IMG/VR virus record: IMGVR_UViG_3300005537_000315 | Coordinates: 1-57,122 of that record | From: a virus | Lineage: Duplodnaviria > Caudoviricetes | Reading direction: 5' to 3' (one strand) | Length of the DNA: 57,122 nucleotides | Part shown: in pieces, positions 29,740-37,888 of the stretch | Layout of the letters: every line of letters starts with the position of its first letter | Numbering within the stretch: position 1 is the first letter of the stretch | Program-made: the position numbers and the translations under genes | Notes under the pieces: model-generated | The model's input: only the letters and a program-made list of their open reading frames with translations | Databases searched by the model: none | What the model was told of the DNA's origin: nothing

Positions 29740-29946
29740 TTATTGCACCTCTTCAATCTCTTCGAAGTTTGCCACGCGTTCGACGATGCGCAAAGTGGCC
29801 TTCTCTGCGGCTTGGTCTGATTCGTCATTGCTAGTCTCGCTAAAGTAAATGGCGCGACCGAGCAGAGTGTTTAAATCGTCGGCTACTTCGTTCTTCCATT
29901 GTTCATCGTGTTCAGTGCTAAACATCGTGTGAATTGTGGTTTTCAT
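29740..29946 (-). CDS. hypothetical acidic protein
   Basis: AAGGAG RBS. Confidence 0.65.
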   Translation of the reverse strand: MKTTIHTMFSTEHDEQWKNEVADDLNTLLGRAIYFSETSNDESDQAAEKATLRIVERVANFEEIEEVQ

Positions 29947-30317
29947 TTTTGTCTCCTTGTGCGTAGTGTGACAAATCTCGAATTGAATGTCAAGAAGAAA
30001 CTACGAGCGACTCAAAACTTCCGTACACAATCCAGCCAATGGGTGTAGGTTGCTCATGAGAACAGCGCCACGAATTCAGACCACTGAATGATGAGCGAAT
30101 CGGCAGCGCGTCGATACGTACGCTTGCGGTCTTCTTTCAGTCGAGACCACGTCGCGTCATCATAACCTGACAGCTTCTTGGCGATGGTCTCCTGTGTTGG
30201 CCGGGTCGCCGACACTGGGAAGGTAGGCGTAAGGCGAGCGTCTAATTCTTTCACCCACCCTGCGGCCGTCGCGGACAAAGTCCTCAAGCTTTTCGTAATC
30301 GTGGTAGAAGTCGGCCA

Positions 30318-30755
30318 TCAGGCTTTCATCCTTTCTAAGATGTGCTGAGCCAGAATCGGCATCTCGCGCTCTAACATCTCAACCACAGTGGCTGCCTTAA
30401 TCACCTCTCCATTCGGGGATTTCCATTCCCCTGTCGGCTTCTCTTTGGCATTGACTAGCACCTTGCCTTGCCAGTCGTAAAAGCTTTTCAATATGTCAAC
30501 CGAGGTATGCTCGTAGACTTCCACGTCGTAATAAGGATTCTCCAAAGTGAATGGCTTGAGCACGCCTGCCCTGATTTTCTTCTGCTCGTGGTATATCTGC
30601 CTACGGCGATCCGACTCACAAACACGACACACACGTTGTCCATCACCGCGAACGCGCACGTTCGGGTTACCTTCGGCCATCGAGTGACCTTTACGACACG
30701 TCGTATAAATACCGTGGCGGCGCTCGGGCTGCCTCGTCTCGCTAAACTTTGTCAC
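30318..30755 (-). CDS. hypothetical protein with HNH-associated zinc-binding module
   Basis: TCRKGH...RVCRVC, GGAGG RBS, promoter TTGACT-17-TAGGCT at 30777-30805. Confidence 0.7.
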   Translation of the reverse strand: MTKFSETRQPERRHGIYTTCRKGHSMAEGNPNVRVRGDGQRVCRVCESDRRRQIYHEQKKIRAGVLKPFTLENPYYDVEVYEHTSVDILKSFYDWQGKVLVNAKEKPTGEWKSPNGEVIKAATVVEMLEREMPILAQHILERMKA

Positions 30756-30812
30756 TGTGCTGTCCTCCAGCCTGGGAGCCTATCACAAACACCTGAAGAA
30801 GTCAAGAGTTTT

Positions 30813-31060
30813 TTGACGTTATTGTCGGTGATTCGCGGTGAACACGGTGACGAACGAGGAGTACTACACAGAGAAAACAGCCAACACGAGCGCACGCCAA
30901 GTTAACCATAATCTGAGCATATTTAATAACTCTTTTATTATCATATAGTTACAAGATAAAACATAAGTTGGACATACAGAAATAGGACAAAACGAACAAT
31001 TAAAGACTCTGCGTGTAGTACGTCTCGTTCATCACCGCGACCACCGACAATCACCGTCAA
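30813..31060. repeat. imperfect ~55-bp inverted repeat flanking an AT-rich core
   Basis: 30813-30873 pairs with 31006-31060. Confidence 0.8.
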
Positions 31061-31164
31061 TCGCTACTAAAACGAAGTGTCACCAATTGTTTGGTGTTCG
31101 CTATTTATTCTCTGCACCAAAGTTTTGGTGGTGTCAAGATTGACACAGTGTCACACTAGCGATC

Positions 31165-32037
31165 CTGAGACAGCCGAAAAGCGAGCGTATCAGATTGAGA
31201 CGATGAGATTTGAGACGTCTTACGAGCTTGAGACACAGACTAGTCGACTTGAGACGTCACGTCAGGACGCGACAAATAGTGAGACAAGCACGTAACTCCA
31301 ACAAAATAAAGGGTATATAAGTTTCGTGAATTGGAAACAAGGCAACGGGTCATCCAGGCGAGAGGTGCGCGAGTGCAATAATTACACAAAATCACGCAAT
31401 AATTTTCGCTTTTTGTTCTACGATGGAGAATAATTAGTTCTCCAGCGCTTCGCAAACCCGCGCAAGTTGTTGATTCGGCGTGAGTTAAGCTTCGCAATCG
31501 TATTCTGCAACGCGCAACGCAGGCAGCAACCGATCCGCGCTGAGGTCGCGCAACGCAACGAGGCGAACCTTGGGCGAAGCAATTGCTGTTGAAAACAAAG
31601 GAGTTAGCCTTTGGTCGTTCAGTTGCTCCCCTAGCAATTCGGTCGCCAAAGTTCAATGGGGCCGGGGGGTGGCGGGTCGTACCCGCCCCCGACGCCTTGA
31701 GGCTCAGGCCGACGTCGACGTGGCTCACCCGCACCTTTCCCTAACAGTGACCGTCACGCCAGAAGTCCCCTGTTATCAACTATTTAAAATCGGTGCCATG
31801 CTTCATCTGTTTTAGTGGAGGGCTACAACCCTCCTGGCAGTACTGCGACCTCCCTGTCGATACCAACGCAAACTCGCAAATGCCTCGTCTCAAAATGAGA
31901 TGAGAAACAGGGATTTCTCGACACAGGCCAGTCGTACTCGCCCCAGGGGCGTCTCATTGTGAGACGACCTCAACGTGGCTCATCTCAATCTGAGACGGGT
32001 GGGACACGTCACGTCTCAAAATGAGACAGTAGTCTCG
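31165..32037. repeat. TGAGAC / GTCTCA-N3-TGAGAC repeat clusters in the non-coding strand-switch region
   Basis: About six direct TGAGAC copies at 31165-31290, and four palindromic or near-palindromic copies at 31887-32030. Confidence 0.85.
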
Positions 32038-32065
32038 TGGTGAATCAAAGAATAGGTGTCTACAA

Positions 32066-32332
32066 ATGGTTCCTGATCCGATTTTTATCGAAGACGGCGA
32101 CACGATTGTTGTGATTGCGAAGACTTTTGGCCCGACAGTATCTGATTCAGCCGATGCGCACCCGTACGTCTCTAAAGCTTATCGCGTTGTTGCTGATCGT
32201 TCTGGGCCTACCTTGGCTCTTGTACCGCTCGGCGAGAGAGCGACTCGGGTGTCTCAAGTTGAGATTGACCAGTTCGAAGCGCGGAAGAATCGCGAGAGTG
32301 TCGTCCAAAATAATGTAACGAGTGGATCGTGA
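32066..32332 (+). CDS. hypothetical protein
   Basis: First ORF of the right arm, AGGTG RBS. Confidence 0.6.
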   Translation: MVPDPIFIEDGDTIVVIAKTFGPTVSDSADAHPYVSKAYRVVADRSGPTLALVPLGERATRVSQVEIDQFEARKNRESVVQNNVTSGS

Positions 32333-32628
32333 ATCGCCGATCATTTCTAAAGTGGCTTGGTATTGGAGTTTCCGCCGCAGTGGCGGTCGCCCCCAGGGCC
32401 GTCGAAGCGGTGTGCAGTTGTACGCGTGGCTCAAAGCCACTAATAGGCACCGCTGAAGAGTGGTGTGACATTCATGGAACCCCGCTCGTCGAATGCAGTC
32501 CTGTCGTTAAGAACTATTACGAGTACGCCAGCTTTTCTGAGTTCGCGAATTGCGAAGCCATTGATGAGTGCGTCATGAAAGTGGCTGAAGAGTTGGGTCG
32601 CTCCGCAGGTGAAGCAGCAGGCTGGTGA
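32329..32628 (+). CDS. Tat-signal-like protein with a capsid-like C-terminal segment
   Basis: MNRRSFLK twin-arginine motif. The C-terminus aligns to this phage's major capsid protein. Confidence 0.65.
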   Translation: MNRRSFLKWLGIGVSAAVAVAPRAVEAVCSCTRGSKPLIGTAEEWCDIHGTPLVECSPVVKNYYEYASFSEFANCEAIDECVMKVAEELGRSAGEAAGW

Positions 32629-32631
32629 TCC

Positions 32632-32826
32632 GTGCCATTTTATTACATGCCTGTGGACTGGAGCGCTCCCGAGAAGGGACTGCTTTACACGAACGAAGAG
32701 TTTAACAAAAGGATCGCAGCGAACGTTGAGGCGCTAGGTCTTCAACCAGGAACCAACGAATACGCGATCATCAACGATACCCAGTTTTTCCTACTGGACA
32801 AGTTGTTCAACGGAGCGCCGAACTAA
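32632..32826 (+). CDS. hypothetical protein
   Basis: Operon-packed ORF. Confidence 0.5.
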   Translation: MPFYYMPVDWSAPEKGLLYTNEEFNKRIAANVEALGLQPGTNEYAIINDTQFFLLDKLFNGAPN

Positions 32827-32840
32827 GGCGAGGAGATTTC

Positions 32841-33113
32841 ATGGCATCGACAGTCACAGGAAGTTTGGGCGCAGCGAACAACGGTGCGATTGTCAGTGCC
32901 ATCAAGTTGCTGAACAACGTTCCCGCTGGTGTCATAACGTCCGACGTGGTAGCGAGCGGAAACTTTTCTCTAAGCGGACTCGCCGCTGGTACGTATTAAA
33001 TCAAGGCCGTGCTTGCCAACGGAAACATTTCTAGGCAGGCGGGTTCCGACATCACTAACGTTTTGTTCGTGAACACGATCACGGTCGACGGATCGACGAC
33101 TTACAAACTGTAA
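32841..33113 (+). pseudogene. small beta-sandwich (carboxypeptidase-regulatory-like) gene with in-frame TAA
   Basis: GAGGAG RBS. ...SGNFSLSGLAAGTY*IKAVLANG... has its stop at 32997-32999, inside the conserved GxYxIxA motif. Confidence 0.6.
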
Positions 33114-33176
33114 GCGGATCGAGTCCATAAATTTTGTAAGCAGTACTACAACTTAATCTGTGTCTAGGAGAAACTT

Positions 33177-33449
33177 ATGTCCCAAGTCGCTTCTCAGGCC
33201 CTTAGTCTTAATGTTGCTGCTGTGCCCGTATTGCAGATTACAACCACGTCCTTACCGGATGCCGTTGAATTTTCTGCTTACTCTCAGCAGCTTCAAGCAA
33301 CTGGTGGAACGGCACCGTACTTCTGGTCTTTGGCTTCTGGCGCGTTGCCAGCGGGTTTGTCGTTATCTCAGAACGGTACTTTGCAAGGTATTCCGACAGC
33401 GTCGGGGCCGTTCAATTTCACGGTTCACGTTCAAGATTCTGGTGCTTAA
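33177..33449 (+). CDS. putative Ig (He_PIG-type) domain protein
   Basis: LQITTTSLP...YSQQLQATGGTAPYFWSLASGALPAGLSLS..GTLQGIPTASGPFNFTVHVQDS. Confidence 0.85.
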   Translation: MSQVASQALSLNVAAVPVLQITTTSLPDAVEFSAYSQQLQATGGTAPYFWSLASGALPAGLSLSQNGTLQGIPTASGPFNFTVHVQDSGA

Positions 33450-33568
33450 TGCAGGCTAGCAAAGCCCTGACATTAAGAGTTGTAAAAAAGAAACATCCGA
33501 GGGGGATTAAGTCCCCCTCACTAATTCCGTCGTGGTTGAGAAAACTAATCGTAGGAAAAAATAAGTGA
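33449..33568 (+). CDS. small peptide beginning with an Ig G-strand-like sequence
   Basis: TAATG-coupled, MQASKALTLRV. Confidence 0.4.
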   Translation: MQASKALTLRVVKKKHPRGIKSPSLIPSWLRKLIVGKNK

Positions 33569-33740
33569 GTCTTAAAAACATTGTCCATCGCGAAGTGAAG
33601 GATGGCCGCGAGCACATCACGTTCAAGACCGACACGCACGAGCACACGTACTCGTTCGACAAGCGACAACAGAAGAGTTTGAAAAACGGCGCTGATCCAT
33701 CCGACCTGAAAGGCCGACTGGAGAAATCGAAGAAACTGTA

Positions 33741-34454
33741 ATGAGAGTTCTTGTTGGCATCTTGGCTTGTGAAAAAGACAGATGGGCGCACGACAGCGTC
33801 CTTCAGATGTGGGTGCCAAACAACGTAGACAACTGGGAACATGCGGGGCACGTAGCCACTTTCAGATTTTTCGTTGGCGCTGGCCGCAAAGAATATTCTA
33901 ACGAATTCATCAACACAGAAGTGGCCGACGAAAACGGAACTGGAAAAACAAGGCGTATGATAAAGTACGCTCTCGACAAAGGCTTCGATTATTTGTTCAA
34001 GTGCGACGTAGACACATTTGTTCGAGTTTGCAGCCTTCTAGAATCTGGATTTGAAAAGCATAATTGGCTTGGTGGTTACGGTAGCAAAGACATCGGCCCG
34101 TACGGCGGCAGCGGTTATTGGCTCAGCAGGAAAGCGATGGGTCAATTACAAGACGACGTAGAAGACGCCCGTACGCCAAGACCTTGGGATGAAGATCGTT
34201 GGGTCGGAGCCAATTTGATTTACAAGGGTTTATCTCCAGATTTAGACGAAAGGTATGACTCGGTTGGGGAGCCGCACAACATCAGGGAAGATTTTATAAC
34301 GTCCCATTTGTATGCTAGACGTGGCTCGTATTCTGGCCCGATAGCACCACCCCCAGTGCTTCTTTCTTCAAACGACAGATTGCAATTGATGCATGAGTAT
34401 CATCAAAGATTCAAGGAGATAAGACGAGCACAACTTATTCCGCAGAGTCACTAG
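33741..34454 (+). CDS. glycosyltransferase (GT-A, fringe/galactosyltransferase-like)
   Basis: DYLFKCDVDTFV (DxD), GGSGYWLSRKAM, EDRWVG. Confidence 0.85.
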   Translation: MRVLVGILACEKDRWAHDSVLQMWVPNNVDNWEHAGHVATFRFFVGAGRKEYSNEFINTEVADENGTGKTRRMIKYALDKGFDYLFKCDVDTFVRVCSLLESGFEKHNWLGGYGSKDIGPYGGSGYWLSRKAMGQLQDDVEDARTPRPWDEDRWVGANLIYKGLSPDLDERYDSVGEPHNIREDFITSHLYARRGSYSGPIAPPPVLLSSNDRLQLMHEYHQRFKEIRRAQLIPQSH

Positions 34455-34456
34455 GG

Positions 34457-34837
34457 TTGGCGTCTGGTTCAGCTTTCTTCGGGTACGTTAAAAATCTTTT
34501 CGTTGATACGACAGAAGTACATGTGCCGTTGATTGGTTCCGGTTTGGATACACCTTTGGTTCTTTATGATGTGACTAGTGTCGGCGGGCATCTTCTTGTT
34601 CGTCTAACGTCTCCGCTAGATAGCAACATCACTGGCAATCTCAAAGTTTACGTAAAGAATTTAACCACCTCGGGGATTTTGGGATACATTAACATCGGGG
34701 CTGGCGGACAAGAAGGGTATGTCAACACTTCTTCTGTTGCCGTTAACAACGGCGATCAAGTGGCTCTAGTGATTGTATCTACGGCTGGAAGCGGATTCGT
34801 TCCGTTTTTGTCTTGGGAAATTGGAGAGAGCGAATAA
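34457..34837 (+). CDS. hypothetical beta-rich protein
   Basis: 126 aa ORF, start uncertain. Confidence 0.55.
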   Translation: MASGSAFFGYVKNLFVDTTEVHVPLIGSGLDTPLVLYDVTSVGGHLLVRLTSPLDSNITGNLKVYVKNLTTSGILGYINIGAGGQEGYVNTSSVAVNNGDQVALVIVSTAGSGFVPFLSWEIGESE

Positions 34838-34848
34838 GCGAGTTAATT

Positions 34849-35145
34849 ATGGCGAAAGCGAACAACCCCGATGCGTCCTTGAAGAAGGACATGAAAGCGT
34901 TTGACGCTGCAAGTGAAGGCACTCGCGGAGGCAAGAGCGCAGGCGAGACGGCCACGCTTCGCAGCGGCAACCTCCCGAAGGCTGAAGCCGTGCGTGAAGC
35001 GAAATGTGATGAAGGCGCAGCCGTTCGTTGCGCTCAGAAACAGAACACGAGTGATGGCGGCGAATATCCGAAGCACCGCAATGTGATTCCGAACAAGAGC
35101 GATGAGTCGCTTGTTGTAACGGCGGTGGCGAAAGTCAAGGAGTAA
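34849..35145 (+). CDS. hypothetical protein
   Basis: Operon-packed ORF. Confidence 0.6.
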   Translation: MAKANNPDASLKKDMKAFDAASEGTRGGKSAGETATLRSGNLPKAEAVREAKCDEGAAVRCAQKQNTSDGGEYPKHRNVIPNKSDESLVVTAVAKVKE

Positions 35146-35148
35146 GCC

Positions 35149-35379
35149 GTGCCCTGGATGAAGGTGACGGTCGGCATGAAAGACGGTGATCAACCCGTCG
35201 AGAGCATAGTCAACACCGACACGATCATTCGTTTCCAATCGTCGACCGGGGGAACGTGGATCAAGTTTGTTGATGGATCGAATCTCGAAGTCCTCGATCC
35301 GATAGACGAAATTACCGAGGCCGTACTGAAGGCCGACGCTAAGAAGGCAAATAATGGTCTACCAACTAACCAGCGATGA
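35149..35379 (+). CDS. hypothetical protein
   Basis: AAGGAG RBS. Confidence 0.65.
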   Translation: MPWMKVTVGMKDGDQPVESIVNTDTIIRFQSSTGGTWIKFVDGSNLEVLDPIDEITEAVLKADAKKANNGLPTNQR

Positions 35380-35557
35380 CTTGATTCTGGTTATGGGCGG
35401 ACACGCGAAGCCAGGATTTGGATCGCAGCGACACTTACCAATTTTCCGAGGCGAAGACGGCGTAGAATATGTGAGTCTCAACGGACAAACACTGACGCCG
35501 ATTTCAAATCTACAAACGGATCGATACACACGTCGAGAAAACGTGCAAAGGGGATAA
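35354..35557 (+). CDS. hypothetical protein
   Basis: Operon-packed ORF. Confidence 0.55.
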   Translation: MVYQLTSDDLILVMGGHAKPGFGSQRHLPIFRGEDGVEYVSLNGQTLTPISNLQTDRYTRRENVQRG

Positions 35558-35559
35558 CA

Positions 35560-35802
35560 ATGTTCGTAGCACTCGCAGTTGTGGCAGCCGCAGCAGGCTT
35601 GCTTGATATTGGCTACATGTTCGGCGCTCGCGCTAAGGCGAAGGCCGTTCAGATTGAGCAAGAAGCGAAGCAACTTTACGTTAAGGCCCATAGCAAAGTC
35701 AGCGTAAAGCTGGCTGCTGTCAAGGCAGAAGTTGCAAAGCTGGAAGCGGAAGCCAAGGCCGAAGAGAAGGCCGTGGTCGCACGCATCAAGTCTCTTCTGT
35801 AA
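35560..35802 (+). CDS. membrane-anchored Ala/Lys-rich protein
   Basis: N-terminal hydrophobic helix followed by a coiled coil. Confidence 0.65.
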   Translation: MFVALAVVAAAAGLLDIGYMFGARAKAKAVQIEQEAKQLYVKAHSKVSVKLAAVKAEVAKLEAEAKAEEKAVVARIKSLL

Positions 35803-35809
35803 AAAGTTC

Positions 35810-35839
35810 TTGACAAGTCGCCATCTTTCGTAGTAAGAT
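35810..35839 (+). promoter_or_regulatory. promoter of the tRNA array
   Basis: TTGACA-18-TAAGAT. Confidence 0.7.
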
Positions 35840-35851
35840 GTTTGTGTCTAC

Positions 35852-35928
35852 GGCGGATGAGGCGAAACAGGTGACGCGCTCGACTGTGAATCGGGCTAGA
35901 GTGGGTTCGAGTCCCATCGTCCGCCCCA
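35852..35928 (+). tRNA. tRNA-His(GTG)
   Basis: Cloverleaf, G-1, CCA. Confidence 0.92.
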
Positions 35929-35949
35929 AAACATTTTTGAAGAAAGCTC

Positions 35950-35978
35950 TTGACAGAATTCCAAATCCATGATAGGCT
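35950..35978 (+). promoter_or_regulatory. second promoter in the array
   Basis: TTGACA-17-TAGGCT. Confidence 0.65.
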
Positions 35979-36001
35979 TCTTTTGAGAGTGAGGGCTGCT
36001 C

Positions 36002-36148
36002 ATGAAAAAGATTGCAGTCACGGATTCGTTGAAAGACCTGAAGTTGAAGGTCGGTGATAAAGTGGAGTTGTTCAAGAGGGTCTGGCAGTACGGCGAAACG
36101 ACCGATAAGAACGGCAAGGTCTCATCGCGCTATCTCGACCCGCTCTAA
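36002..36148 (+). CDS. small hypothetical protein
   Basis: GAGG RBS, MKKIAVTDSLKDLKLKVGD. Confidence 0.5.
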   Translation: MKKIAVTDSLKDLKLKVGDKVELFKRVWQYGETTDKNGKVSSRYLDPL

Positions 36149-36215
36149 AGTTTTTACGAGTTCTCAACTGGCGGCCCTTGCTGGAGGTTTAAATCCTTCA
36201 ACCCCGACCAATTTT

Positions 36216-36353
36216 ATGATTTGTCAACGTTGTCATCAAGAAAAAGCAACAGTCGTGCCTCGTCTCAACCCGTACGATGAAGATGTACGTGGGGAACAGA
36301 ACGAAGAGATTCTTTGCGACGGATGCTACGACGCGTTGTGTGACGAGATTTAA
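36216..36353 (+). CDS. small zinc-finger protein
   Basis: CQRC...CDGC. Confidence 0.55.
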   Translation: MICQRCHQEKATVVPRLNPYDEDVRGEQNEEILCDGCYDALCDEI

Positions 36354-36354
36354 T

Positions 36355-36439
36355 CCGCTGCTGGTGGAACGGCAGACACGTCAGTCTTAGAAACTGATGC
36401 CCTTGTGGCGTGGGAGTTCGAATCTCTCGCGGCGGACCA
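36355..36439 (+). tRNA. tRNA-Leu(TAG)
   Basis: Cloverleaf with V arm, CCA. Confidence 0.92.
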
Positions 36440-36445
36440 AGTTTT

Positions 36446-36531
36446 GCGCGTGTGGCGGAATGGCATACGCAGGGGACTTAAAACCCCCGGCCCGAAAGGG
36501 ATTGTGAGTTCGACTCTCGCCTAGCGCACCA
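36446..36531 (+). tRNA. tRNA-Leu(TAA)
   Basis: Cloverleaf, two acceptor mismatches. Confidence 0.88.
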
Positions 36532-36625
36532 AGTTTTACGAGCGTGATTGGCAGACGTGCCAGTCCTCGGCCATCGACGGATGGTTTGAGTTTAAGCCCA
36601 GCACGCAACACTGGCTGGCAGATCA

Positions 36626-36724
36626 GACGGAGACCTTGGTTCGAATCCAAGTTGGTTCAATGAGCGTGGTCGGCCTTGCATGAGGCGCGTCTCGAACCTG
36701 TCGTCTAGAGGATAGGACGCCGTC
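36626..36724 (+). ncRNA. circularly permuted tRNA-like RNA (YrlA-like topology)
   Basis: T arm precedes D arm, and GACGG/CCGTC closes the structure. Confidence 0.7.
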
Positions 36725-36732
36725 AAAAATTT

Positions 36733-36807
36733 AGCCCTGTCGTTCAACGGACAGGACACACGGCTTCTACCCGTGTAATCTCGGTTCGAATCCGAGTGGG
36801 GCTACCA
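36733..36807 (+). tRNA. tRNA-Arg(TCT)
   Basis: Cloverleaf, CCA. Confidence 0.92.
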
Positions 36808-36968
36808 ATCTTCCCGTGTCGTGGGATACGTCGGCACATATCATGATTCGCTACGCGTTGTTCCGTGGCGAGAGGAAACAGACTTTCTCGATCCGTCTCT
36901 TTGGAATCGCATATACGGATCGAACGACGCGATACGGCAACACGAAGAGCGCGTCGTTGGTTTTAAGT

Positions 36969-37043
36969 GGACTGTTCGTTCAACGGATAGGATAGTGGTC
37001 TACGAAACCACGGATAGAGGTTCGAATCCTCTACGGTCTACCA
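36969..37043 (+). tRNA. tRNA-Arg(ACG)
   Basis: Cloverleaf, CCA. Confidence 0.92.
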
Positions 37044-37049
37044 GATTTT

Positions 37050-37124
37050 GCACCTGTCGTTCAATGTACAGGACTCGGCCCTCCGAAGGCCGTGATCTGG
37101 GTTAGATTCCCAGTGGGTGCTCCA
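37050..37124 (+). tRNA. tRNA-Arg(CCG)
   Basis: Cloverleaf, variant T-loop TTAGATT. Confidence 0.88.
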
Positions 37125-37127
37125 GGT

Positions 37128-37189
37128 TTGATGCATCAAGGGAAGGGATGCCCTAACACCCCAACCCACTCTTTAGGGAGAGTGAGATG
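37128..37189 (+). promoter_or_regulatory. kissing-loop leader of HNH gene (copy 1)
   Basis: Loops CCCTAA/TTAGGG, SD inside hairpin 2. Confidence 0.8.
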
Positions 37190-37567
37190 AAAATCTGTAG
37201 TCGATGTATTTTGTCGAAACACGAGAAAGATTTTTATACCCAAAGCGGCAGGTCGACAAAAATGTCTTGGTGTAAGGCCTGTTTGAAAGATTACAGGTCT
37301 GAGACTCAACTCGCTAATAAAAAGAGGGCAGTTGAATTATTGGGTGGGAAATGCGTTCGCTGTGGGTATTCGAAATGTTTGGGTGCCTTAGAATTTCATC
37401 ACGTAAACCCAGCAGACAAGTCCACGTACACGGGACTTAAAAACAGAAGTTGGAACACGATATCGGAAGAAATTAAAAAGTGTATTCTTCTATGTGCTAA
37501 TTGTCACAGAGAAGAGGAAGAGAAATTAAGGCCACGTAGCGCAGCGGACAGCGCAACTCTTTCCTAA
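37187..37567 (+). CDS. HNH endonuclease
   Basis: CVRCGY...LEFHH...EEIKKCILLCANCHRE. Confidence 0.9.
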   Translation: MKICSRCILSKHEKDFYTQSGRSTKMSWCKACLKDYRSETQLANKKRAVELLGGKCVRCGYSKCLGALEFHHVNPADKSTYTGLKNRSWNTISEEIKKCILLCANCHREEEEKLRPRSAADSATLS

Positions 37568-37605
37568 AGAGTGGGTCGTGAGTTCGAATCTCACCGAGGC
37601 CTCCA
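37530..37605 (+). tRNA. tRNA-Arg(CCT)
   Basis: Cloverleaf, overlapped by the HNH 3' end. Confidence 0.9.
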
Positions 37606-37718
37606 GATTTGAGCGGTGGGTAGCGAGTGGCTAACCAGTGATTCGGGCCGGAGTAGGGCGTGAAACTCGCCAACGTGTCGCGCAGCGGACAAGGCTCAGG
37701 CGCTCAAAAAGTTTACGT

Positions 37719-37805
37719 GCCTTTGTGGTGGAACAGGCAGACGCGCCGCACTCAAAACGCGGTGGGCTAACGCCCGTGTCAGTTCGAGTCTGACCAGAGG
37801 CACCA
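37719..37805 (+). tRNA. tRNA-Leu(CAA)
   Basis: Cloverleaf with V arm, CCA. Confidence 0.92.
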
Positions 37806-37811
37806 AAGTTT

Positions 37812-37886
37812 GCACAGATCGACAAGTGGCTAAGTCAATCGTCTGCAAAACGATTACCGTGAGTTCGAATCTCACTCTGTGCTCCA
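37812..37886 (+). tRNA. tRNA-Cys(GCA)
   Basis: Cloverleaf, U73, CCA. Confidence 0.92.
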
Positions 37887-37888
37887 AG

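Noticed and set aside
31165-32037. CRISPR array
   Set aside because: Repeats are only 6-15 bp with irregular spacing, and there are no cas genes. The PD-(D/E)xK nuclease sits in a recombination context.
23492-33113. Genome-wide stop-codon reassignment
   Set aside because: TAA, TAG and TGA all end well-defined genes (for example portal TAG and terL TAA), and there is no canonical suppressor tRNA.
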